Position numbers and translations under genes: made by a program. A DNA stretch of 64,000 bases from an uncultured Eubacteriales bacterium. Its GTDB lineage: Bacteria > Bacillota > Clostridia > Christensenellales > CAG-138. Positions 1-7,966 of this stretch are shown piece by piece. How positions within the stretch are numbered: position 1 is the stretch's first letter; each line of letters opens with the position of its first letter. The stretch lies in contig UQGA01000004.1 in NCBI GenBank assembly GCA_900540495.1, positions 46,816 to 110,815 on the forward strand. Reading direction: 5' to 3'. The notes beneath the pieces are model-generated. The model had not been told where the DNA came from and did not search any database. It worked only from the letters and a program-made list of their open reading frames with translations.

Positions 1-1
1 A

Positions 2-36
2 ACCGGCCGGCGCACAGGCGCCGGCCGGTGTATTTT
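2..36. terminator. GC-rich hairpin plus T-run at window edge, just 3' of clpX
   Basis: 12-bp perfect stem accggccggcgc (2-13)/gcgccggccggt (18-29), loop acag, then gtatttt on + strand. It lies 17 nt past the clpX stop (53-55), so it may act in both directions. Confidence 0.5.
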
Positions 37-52
37 GGGGCAATGGCTTCCA

Positions 53-1330
<1,278 letters not shown>

Positions 1331-1343
1331 AGGGTCTCTCTTC

Positions 1344-1928
1344 TTACCTCCTTGCGGGGATAATCTCGTCCACGATGCCGTAGGCGTGCGCCTGCTCCGC
1401 GCTCATGTAGTTGTCGCGCTCGGTGTCCAGGCTGACCTTTTCGACCGGCTGGCCGGTGCGCGCGGCGAGGATCTCGTTCAGGCGCTGGCGCAGGCGCAGG
1501 ATCTGCTCGGCATGAATGCCGATGTCCGTGGCCTGCCCGTGTGCGCCGCCGCTGGGCTGGTGGATCATGATTTCGGCATTGGGCAGCGCCTTGCGCTTGC
1601 CCTTTGCGCCGGCGGCCAGCAGAAACGCGCCCATGGACGCTGCCAGGCCAACGCAGATGGTCGAAACCTCGCACTTGATGTACTGCATCGTATCGTAGAT
1701 CGCAAGGCCCGCCGACACGGAGCCGCCGGGGCTGTTAATATAGAGAAAGATGTCCTTTTCCGGGTCGTCACCCTCGAGGAACAGCATCTGCGCCACGACC
1801 AGATTGGCCGTGTCGTCGTCGATCTCGCCGCCGAGAAAGATGATGCGGTCCTGCAGCAGGCGCGAATAGATATCATATGACCGTTCGCCACGGCTGGTCT
1901 GTTCCACGACCATCGGGATCAGGTTCAT
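1344..1928 (-). CDS. clpP: ATP-dependent Clp protease proteolytic subunit ClpP
   Basis: 194 aa. [26 protein letters not shown]-terminus, active-site Ser context [11 protein letters not shown]. Located between tig and clpX. Confidence 0.97.
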   Translation of the reverse strand: MNLIPMVVEQTSRGERSYDIYSRLLQDRIIFLGGEIDDDTANLVVAQMLFLEGDDPEKDIFLYINSPGGSVSAGLAIYDTMQYIKCEVSTICVGLAASMGAFLLAAGAKGKRKALPNAEIMIHQPSGGAHGQATDIGIHAEQILRLRQRLNEILAARTGQPVEKVSLDTERDNYMSAEQAHAYGIVDEIIPARR

Positions 1929-1982
1929 GCGATCACCGTCCTTTTCAGGGTCTGACCGCCCGTGCGGGCGGCCGGTTCGCCG

Positions 1983-3521
1983 TCAGTCCTCCTGCCCGGC
2001 GCTTGCGGCTTCCGTCGCTTTCGGCGCGGCTTCCGCCTTGGCTTTCTTCTCCGCCTTGGCCTTCTTCTCCGCCGCGGTTTCCGTCTTGGCCTTCTTCTCC
2101 GCCGCGGTTTCCGTCTTGGCCTTCTTCTCCGCCGCAGCCTCCGTTGCTTCCGGAGCGGTCTCCGTCGCTTCCGGCGCGGCTTCCGCCTTGGCCTTCTTCG
2201 TGCTCGTGCGCTTGCGGGCCGGCTTCTTTTCCGGCTTGGGCGCGGTGAACACCGCGTTGTCCACGATCAGCGACACGACCTTTTCGGCCGCCTTGCGGTC
2301 GCGCAGGTAATCGAGGTCGTCCTCCTTGAGCTGCGCGCGGAACTCGTCGACCGGCGTGCCGTTCTGCTCGGCGAACCTGGCGATCTCCTGCTCCAGCTCC
2401 TCGTCCGTACAGTCGAGGTTCTCCGCCTTGCCGACGGCTTCGATGACCAGTTGCATCTTTACGCGGGATTCCGCTTCCGGCCGGTAGCTCTCGCGCAGCG
2501 CGTCAAGATCCGTGCCGGTATACTTGCAGTAGTCCTCAAGCGAGATGCCGCTCGCGCTCAGGCGGTAAGCCATATCCTGCAGCATGTAGTTGACCTGCCG
2601 GTCGGTCATGCAGGCCGGAATCTCAACGGTCGCATTGTCGCACACGGTCTTGATGCACAGGTTCTCCGTGGCGGTCTTTTCGTTCTGCGAGGCGCGCGCT
2701 TCCATGGCCTTGCGGCGCGCAGCGCGCAATTCCTCCAGCGTGTCGTACTCCGAAATATCCTTGGCGAATTCGTCGTCGAGCGCGGGCAGGTCCTTGACCT
2801 GCACCTCGCGGATCTTGACGGCAAACACAGCCTCCTTGCCGGCAAGGTTCTCGGCGTGATACTCCGCCGGGAAGGTAACGGCGATGTTCTTCTCCTCGCC
2901 CACGGCCATGCCGACGAGCTGTTCCTCAAAGCCGGGGATGAACGTGCCGGAACCGATGACGAGCGTCTGCTCCTCGGCGGTGCCGCCGTCAAAGGCTACG
3001 CCGTCGACGCTGCCGCTGTAATCGAGCACGACCCTGTCGCCGTTCTCCACGGGCCGCTCCACGCCGATGAAACGGGCGTTGCGCTCCCGCTCCAGCTCGA
3101 TTTCGCGCTCCACGTCCGCGTCCTCCACAGTATACGTCGGCTTCTCGACTTCTATACCCTTGTATGCGCCGAGTGTCACCTCGGGCTTGAGCTGTACTTC
3201 CGCGGTGAAGACCACGCCTTCCTGCAGGCTGATCTTCTCGATGTCGAGCGCCGGCTTGTCGACCGCCGTCAGTTCATATTCCTCGAGCGCCGCGTCGTAC
3301 GCGTCGCCCCAGAGGATTTCGAACGCATCCTCGAAGAAGACGCCCTCGCCGTACATGTTTTCGATCACCTTGCGCGGGGCATGTCCCTTGCGGAAGCCGG
3401 GGATGTTGTAATGCTTGGCCGTCTTGAAATATGCCTGCTGCACCGCTGCGGCAAAGGTCTCCGCGTCCACGGTGATGGTCAGTTTGGCCATGTTGTGTTC
3501 CATCCGTTCAATCGTCGCCAT
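1983..3521 (-). CDS. tig: Trigger factor with ~85-aa Lys/Ala/Glu-rich C-terminal tail
   Basis: Track ORF 1983..3560 starts at TTG. Start moved to ATG 3521-3519, preceded by GGAGGG. Ribosome-binding signature PGFRKGHAPRKV. Conserved tig-clpP-clpX order. Confidence 0.9.
   Translation of the reverse strand: MATIERMEHNMAKLTITVDAETFAAAVQQAYFKTAKHYNIPGFRKGHAPRKVIENMYGEGVFFEDAFEILWGDAYDAALEEYELTAVDKPALDIEKISLQEGVVFTAEVQLKPEVTLGAYKGIEVEKPTYTVEDADVEREIELERERNARFIGVERPVENGDRVVLDYSGSVDGVAFDGGTAEEQTLVIGSGTFIPGFEEQLVGMAVGEEKNIAVTFPAEYHAENLAGKEAVFAVKIREVQVKDLPALDDEFAKDISEYDTLEELRAARRKAMEARASQNEKTATENLCIKTVCDNATVEIPACMTDRQVNYMLQDMAYRLSASGISLEDYCKYTGTDLDALRESYRPEAESRVKMQLVIEAVGKAENLDCTDEELEQEIARFAEQNGTPVDEFRAQLKEDDLDYLRDRKAAEKVVSLIVDNAVFTAPKPEKKPARKRTSTKKAKAEAAPEATETAPEATEAAAEKKAKTETAAEKKAKTETAAEKKAKAEKKAKAEAAPKATEAASAGQED
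2058..2135 (-). repeat. Perfect 30-bp tandem repeat (2.6 copies) inside tig 3' end
   Basis: ggccttcttctccgccgcggtttccgtctt at 2058-2087 and 2088-2117, partial copy 2118-2135. Encodes the 10-aa unit AEKKAKTETA. Confidence 0.95.
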
Positions 3522-3578
3522 GTTGCCCTCCAACAGTTTCCAGTATCTGTATACCGACAATTATCCAGTATCCGAACT

Positions 3579-3607
3579 ATCTTATCACACCTGCCCGCCG
3601 AATGCAA
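3579..3607 (-). promoter_or_regulatory. Candidate sigma-A promoter for tig
   Basis: Minus strand TTGCAT (3607-3602) - 17 nt - TGaTAAGAT (-10 at 3584-3579), about 55 nt upstream of tig ATG. Confidence 0.5.
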
Positions 3608-3631
3608 CCGTGTTTCGCCCCCATCCCGGCG

Positions 3632-3663
3632 AAAAAACGGCGGAGACGCCCCGTGGCGTCCCC
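3632..3663 (-). terminator. Intrinsic terminator candidate downstream of the XRE gene
   Basis: Minus strand GGGGACGCC-ACGG-GGCGTCTCC (one mismatch) followed by GCCGTTTTTT (A6 at 3632-3637 on + strand). Confidence 0.5.
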
Positions 3664-3841
3664 GCGCAATCGTTCCATATTCCGGCTGCCGGCGCAGCGG
3701 CCGGAAAGCAGCCAAAGGCGCCCCGCCCGCGCCTGCGTCGCGGCAGGATCGGCGCCGTCGCCCCGACAAACGGAAGGGCGGCCCTGCGCCCGGGTTTTCT
3801 CACGATCCGCATCCGGCCGTTGCGCCGCAACGGGCAGCCGT

Positions 3842-4072
3842 TCATGGGGTCTGCGCCTGTTCCTCGATGCGCTTGAGCAGCTCGTGCGGCTGCATTCCCA
3901 GCGCGGATGCAATACGGCACAGGCTGTCGAGGTTCGGCTTTTTTTCGCCGCGCTCGATCCGCCCCAGATGGGATTTGTACATGCCCGCAAGCCCGCTGAG
4001 CACCTCTTGAGACATGCCCCGCTGCTCGCGCAGGCTGCGTATGGTTTTTCCGATCGTCCCGGCATCCAGCAT
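3842..4072 (-). CDS. Small XRE-family helix-turn-helix transcriptional regulator (76 aa)
   Basis: C-terminal part of track ORF 3842..4663. Starts at ATG 4072. HTH MSQEVLSGLAGMYKSHLGRIERGEKKPNLDSLCRIASAL. SD is weak, so the start is uncertain. Confidence 0.75.
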   Translation of the reverse strand: MLDAGTIGKTIRSLREQRGMSQEVLSGLAGMYKSHLGRIERGEKKPNLDSLCRIASALGMQPHELLKRIEEQAQTP

Positions 4073-4105
4073 GCGTTTATTGTAACCGCCCGATATGACG
4101 CGAAT

Positions 4106-4123
4106 GAGCAACGATAGTTGCTC
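4106..4123. promoter_or_regulatory. 18-bp palindrome in divergent XRE/hypothetical intergenic region (operator candidate)
   Basis: gagcaac-gata-gttgctc, a perfect 7-bp inverted repeat between the two divergent starts (4072 and 4118/4154). Confidence 0.4.
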
Positions 4124-4153
4124 AAGCGGAAAAATTGTGATATCCTTTTGGCA

Positions 4154-4804
4154 ATGGCTGCCGCAGCGACGGCAGGGACAACGGAGGAGGGAGCAGCGGT
4201 GCGGGATATTCTGGCGGAACTGGAACGGCGGCTGTTTGACGACGGCCTGGCGGCGGAATTGCGATGGGCGGGGAAGGCGCCGCCCGCGCTCGAAGCGCCC
4301 GCCGCGTTTGCCGACGCGCTGGACGCCGAACAGGCCGCGGCGCTCGAGCGGATCGGGGCGCTGTATGCGGAAAACGCGCGCCATGGTCTGCGCGCCGCTT
4401 TTCTGCGCGGCGTTTACGCCTGTTTTGAACAGCACTTTGCGCCGGACGCACCGGAGGACCCGTTCGACCGGTATGTGTACGGGCAGATTCTGACCATGCC
4501 CGGCATGCGGCGGGAGGCCGCTTATCGCCGGAACCGGATCGAGATCACGGAACGGCTGGAGGCCCTCGTCTCCACGCTGGACGAAACGGCGGGCGCGCGC
4601 GTCATCGCCGCCGACGGCGCGTGGGACGAGGCGGATTACGGCGTGCTGTGGCGCTCGTTTCACCTTGGCTATCGGGCGGCGCTCGCGCTGATCGAGATGG
4701 TCGCCCCGCCCGCCGCCCGCCGCGCGGCGGATGCGCTCGCGCGCTTTGAAGCGGCGTTTGAACCGGCGGATACGCCGCCGGACGGGCCGGCTGCGGACAA
4801 ATAG
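4154..4804 (+). CDS. Hypothetical Ala/Glu/Arg-rich helical protein, divergent from the XRE gene
   Basis: Track ORF 4118..4804 (TTG start), first ATG at 4154, no clear SD for either. Protein-like aromatic/helix patterning (ERIGALYAENARHGLRAAFLRGVYACFEQHF; WRSFHLGYRAALALIEMV). No family recognised. Confidence 0.55.
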   Translation: MAAAATAGTTEEGAAVRDILAELERRLFDDGLAAELRWAGKAPPALEAPAAFADALDAEQAAALERIGALYAENARHGLRAAFLRGVYACFEQHFAPDAPEDPFDRYVYGQILTMPGMRREAAYRRNRIEITERLEALVSTLDETAGARVIAADGAWDEADYGVLWRSFHLGYRAALALIEMVAPPAARRAADALARFEAAFEPADTPPDGPAADK

Positions 4805-4855
4805 CCGTTTCGCGGGCGGGCAATGCCATCCGTCCTGTCGACGCCCCCTTTTTCA

Positions 4856-5110
4856 GGCCGCCGCCCGCCCTTTCGGCTTGCCGAACCGTCACACCCTCCC
4901 GCACGGCCCCTGCTCTTGCCGCCGCCCGCCGTTTCCCGGAGCCGTCACACCTTAACGGGGCGCGGCCCATGGTTCGCCGCCGCGACGACCCCAAACGCCC
5001 GCCGGCGACCCACCTTTGGCCGCCGCCTACCTTTTTCTCTTGCCGGAGCCGCGTCCTTCCGCACGGCCCCTGCTCTTGCCGCCGCCCGCTGTTTCCTCTT
5101 GCCGGCACCG
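4856..5110. repeat. GC-rich non-coding repeat block (R1)
   Basis: 31-bp perfect direct repeat ccgcacggcccctgctcttgccgccgcccgc at 4899-4929 and 5059-5089. Related tgccgccgcccgcc-N-tttc...ccgtcacacc modules at about 4856-4895 and 4917-4951. Only junk ORFs cross it. Confidence 0.8.
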
Positions 5111-5157
5111 CGCGCCCTTTCGGGCAGCCGCGCGGACGGCAGATTTTTCATGCGGGC

Positions 5158-5192
5158 GCAGGGTTTTGCCCGTACATGCAGGGTTTTGCCCG
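5158..5192 (+). promoter_or_regulatory. 15-bp direct repeat at 20-bp spacing just upstream of lipoprotein gene
   Basis: gcagggttttgcccg at 5158-5172 and 5178-5192. Followed by TGgAATACT (5199-5207) and ATG 5214 with no SD. Confidence 0.35.
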
Positions 5193-5213
5193 CGCATGTG
5201 GAATACTATTGAT

Positions 5214-6191
5214 ATGAAAAGAGCAGTCTGCATGTTAATCGTCGGCCTGGCCCTGCTGTCGTCCGGTTGCGGCGCGTTGGCTTCGCTGCGGGCGACGCCA
5301 ACGCCGTCGCCGACGCCGACCCCCGTCCCCACCCCGACGCCGTCGCCCACGCCCGTGCCGGTCGTGGCGGTGTCTGCGCCGGCGGAGGCGAAACGCTTTT
5401 GGGCGCACACCGTCCCTGCGCAGTATCTGCGGTGCGCGGTCGAGGATGGCGCGCAGGGGCTGGCCGGCCTGTCGTTCGAGGGGCAGGCTGCGGCCGTGCT
5501 GTACTGGACGGGCGGGGACGGCGAGGCGGAGGCGGTGGAGGCGCTGCTTGCGCGCGGCGTCCCGGTCGTCGTATTCGCGCCGGAGGATGCGGCGGTGCCG
5601 GTGGGCGCCGTCTGCGTGCGCGCATTGACGGGCGCGGCGGCGACGGACGCGCTGGAGGCGGCCATTGCCTACCCGCCGCACGATACGCCGGTACGGCTGC
5701 TCGCCCTGTTTGAAACCCGCGAGAGCGACGCTCGCGCCGCATGGCAGGCGGGCGTGGATGAAGGACGGGTCTATGTGAAGGGCGTCTATTATGTTGCGGA
5801 GGCGGAGGAACCGGCGGGCGAGTGGATGGCGGGTCGCCTCGAAGCATACTACGAGGGCATGGTGGACGGCGTATACGCCGAAACCGCCGGGCTTGCCGTT
5901 GCTGCGGCGGAGGCGATGCTCGCCGCCGGGCGTGCCGATATGGAGATCTTCTGCGCCGATTGCAACGACGCGCTACTCGCGCTGATGGAGGCGCATCCGG
6001 CGCTGATCCCGTTCGCCTATGGCGTGGACGAGGCGGCGGCGGCGCAGGCATGCCTTGCGCTGGCCGAGCGGCTGATCGCGGGGGAGACGGTGGAGAATGC
6101 GGCGCTGACAGCCGGCCCGATCACGCCCGCCCCGGCGACGCCTGCCCCGGTGACGCCCGACACGACCGCCGCGGCCGGCGCGCAGCCGTAA
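5214..6191 (+). CDS. Lipoprotein with Pro/Thr linker and periplasmic-binding-protein-like body
   Basis: In track ORF 5016..6191. ATG 5214 gives MKRAVCMLIVGLALLSSGC (lipobox LSSGC), then the TPTPSPTPTPVPTPTPSPTPVP linker. The alpha/beta body resembles sugar-binding/LacI-type PBP folds (weak call). Confidence 0.8.
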   Translation: MKRAVCMLIVGLALLSSGCGALASLRATPTPSPTPTPVPTPTPSPTPVPVVAVSAPAEAKRFWAHTVPAQYLRCAVEDGAQGLAGLSFEGQAAAVLYWTGGDGEAEAVEALLARGVPVVVFAPEDAAVPVGAVCVRALTGAAATDALEAAIAYPPHDTPVRLLALFETRESDARAAWQAGVDEGRVYVKGVYYVAEAEEPAGEWMAGRLEAYYEGMVDGVYAETAGLAVAAAEAMLAAGRADMEIFCADCNDALLALMEAHPALIPFAYGVDEAAAAQACLALAERLIAGETVENAALTAGPITPAPATPAPVTPDTTAAAGAQP

Positions 6192-6229
6192 CGGCGGCGC
6201 TGGCGGTCGATCCCAAACAAAGCCCTCTT

Positions 6230-6266
6230 GCGGCGCGAACAATGCGGTTTGCGCCGCTTTTCTCTT
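6230..6266 (+). terminator. Intrinsic terminator after lipoprotein gene
   Basis: Stem gcggcgc (6230-6236)/gcgccgc (6251-6257) followed by ttttctctt. Confidence 0.7.
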
Positions 6267-6293
6267 GTGAAACAACGGTTGTTGCGCTATACT
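6265..6293 (+). promoter_or_regulatory. Candidate promoter for nadD::yqeK-rsfS
   Basis: TTGTGA (6265-6270) - 17 nt - TATACT (6288-6293), about 60 nt upstream of ATG 6355. Confidence 0.55.
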
Positions 6294-6354
6294 GTATTTG
6301 TGGTTTCGTGCGCATTCACCGCACGGGGCAGGCATTGTGCGGGGAGGCGATAAC

Positions 6355-7533
6355 ATGCGGATCGGGATCTTGGGCGGGACGTTCAACCCCGTCCATGCGG
6401 CGCACGTGCAGATGGCCGTCGCCGCGCGCGATGCGCTGGGGCTCGACCTCGTGCTGCTCATGGTTGCCGCCGACCCGCCGCACAAGCGCGTGGCGGAGGC
6501 GGTCGATGGCGCGCGCCGCCTGCGCATGGCGGAACTGGCGGCGGCAGACCTGCCGCGCATCGAGGCGAGCGACCTCGAGCTGCGCCGCCCCGGCCGCAGC
6601 TACACGTTCGATACGCTTACCGAGCTGCATGCGCGCTATCCGGGCGCGTCGTTCCACTGGATCGTCGGCAGCGACATGCTGCTCGACCTGCCGACCTGGC
6701 ACCGGGTGGAGGAGCTGTTCCCGCTCTGCGAGATCGTCAGCTTCCCCCGCGCGGGCGAATCCGGGGAGGATGCGGCCGCAGCCGAGCGGTTGCGGCGGGC
6801 GTACGGCGCGCGGGTGCGCCTGTTGCCGTCGCCGGTGGAGGCGATCTCCTCGACGCAGGTGCGCGCCTGCGTGCGCGACGCGCTGCCGACGGAGGGAGCC
6901 ATGCCGGAGGCGGTGGCGCAGTACGTGTATGAAACAGGGCTGTATCTGCCGCCCGACGTCGAGGCCTTGCGCGCCCGCCTGTGCGGCGCGCTGTCCCCGC
7001 GGCGCTACCGGCACACGATGGGCGTGGTGCGGCAGGCGGCGTGGCTGTGCGGCCGCTATGATGCCGACGGACGGACGCGCCTTCGCGCGCGCGTGGCGGC
7101 GCTGCTGCACGACTGCGCCAAACAGCTCCCGCCGGCGCGCCTTGCCGTGCTCGGCGGGGACGATACGCCGGGCGCGGGCGACGTGCTGCACGCCTTTGCG
7201 GGCGCGGTGCTTGCGCGCATGGCTTACGGGGTGACGGACGACGCGGTGCTGCGCGCCATCCGGCTGCACTGCACCGGGGATGCGGGCATGACGCTGCTCG
7301 ATATGATCGTATACCTCTCCGACCTGACGGAACCGGGGCGCGCGTTCGACGGCGCGCAGCGGTACCGGGATGCGCTGGCGGGCGGGCCGGAGGCGGCGAT
7401 GCGCACGGCGATCGCCGGCGTGCTCGACCATTTGCGGGCGCAGGGGGCGCCGGTCCATCCGGCGACGCTGCGTGCGGCGCGGTACTTTGATCAACCGAAC
7501 ACTGTTATTCAACAAAAGGAGGAACACCGTTGA
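6355..7533 (+). CDS. nadD: Fused nicotinate-nucleotide adenylyltransferase (NadD) and HD-domain YqeK-like hydrolase
   Basis: In track ORF 6298..7533. SD GGGGAGG, then ATG 6355. N-terminal half has GGTFNPVHAAH. C-terminal half has RYRHTMGV...LLHDCAK (HD domain). One continuous frame. Confidence 0.9.
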   Translation: MRIGILGGTFNPVHAAHVQMAVAARDALGLDLVLLMVAADPPHKRVAEAVDGARRLRMAELAAADLPRIEASDLELRRPGRSYTFDTLTELHARYPGASFHWIVGSDMLLDLPTWHRVEELFPLCEIVSFPRAGESGEDAAAAERLRRAYGARVRLLPSPVEAISSTQVRACVRDALPTEGAMPEAVAQYVYETGLYLPPDVEALRARLCGALSPRRYRHTMGVVRQAAWLCGRYDADGRTRLRARVAALLHDCAKQLPPARLAVLGGDDTPGAGDVLHAFAGAVLARMAYGVTDDAVLRAIRLHCTGDAGMTLLDMIVYLSDLTEPGRAFDGAQRYRDALAGGPEAAMRTAIAGVLDHLRAQGAPVHPATLRAARYFDQPNTVIQQKEEHR

Positions 7534-7916
7534 ACACACGTTTGCCGGAACAGGTGGAGGCGCTCTGCGCGGCCCTCTACGACAAGAAGGCGCAGGACAT
7601 CGTCGCCATCCACGTGGGGGACAAGACCATTATTGCGGACTGGTTCGTCATCTGCAGCGGCCGTGCGGTGCCGCAGGTCAAGGCGCTCTGCGACGAGCTG
7701 GAGGAGAAGGCGGCGCTTGCCGGGCTCGCATTGCGGCGAAGAGAGGGGTATGATGCCGGACGTTGGATCGTGCTCGACTATACGGACGTGCTGGTGCATA
7801 TCTTTCATCCGGAGGAGCGCCGGTATTACAACATCGAGCGCCTTTGGGATACGGAGGGCGACGGCGTCGCCTATTCGGCCGAGCGGGATGCGGCCGAGGA
7901 CGCGGCGCGCGCATAA
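7530..7916 (+). CDS. rsfS: Ribosome silencing factor RsfS
   Basis: 128 aa. TTG start overlapping the nadD stop (gTTGA), SD AAAGGAGG. DWFVICSG...VLVHIFHPEERRYYNIERLW is typical of RsfS/DUF143. Confidence 0.9.
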   Translation: MNTRLPEQVEALCAALYDKKAQDIVAIHVGDKTIIADWFVICSGRAVPQVKALCDELEEKAALAGLALRRREGYDAGRWIVLDYTDVLVHIFHPEERRYYNIERLWDTEGDGVAYSAERDAAEDAARA

Positions 7917-7966
7917 CGGCAACGGCCGGCGCCTGCGGCGGCGGTCGGAAAGGGTTTACGGAACGC

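Noticed and set aside
7763-7966. Track start of the feoAB ORF at 7763. Similar long 5' extensions occur at 5016, 6298, 11936, 13407, 17751, 19415, 39903, 43322, 51478, 53324, 54919, 59188 and 62466.
   Set aside because: The extensions overlap the preceding gene, are Arg/Gly-rich, and precede an internal start that has an SD or stop-start overlap and a family-typical N-terminus.
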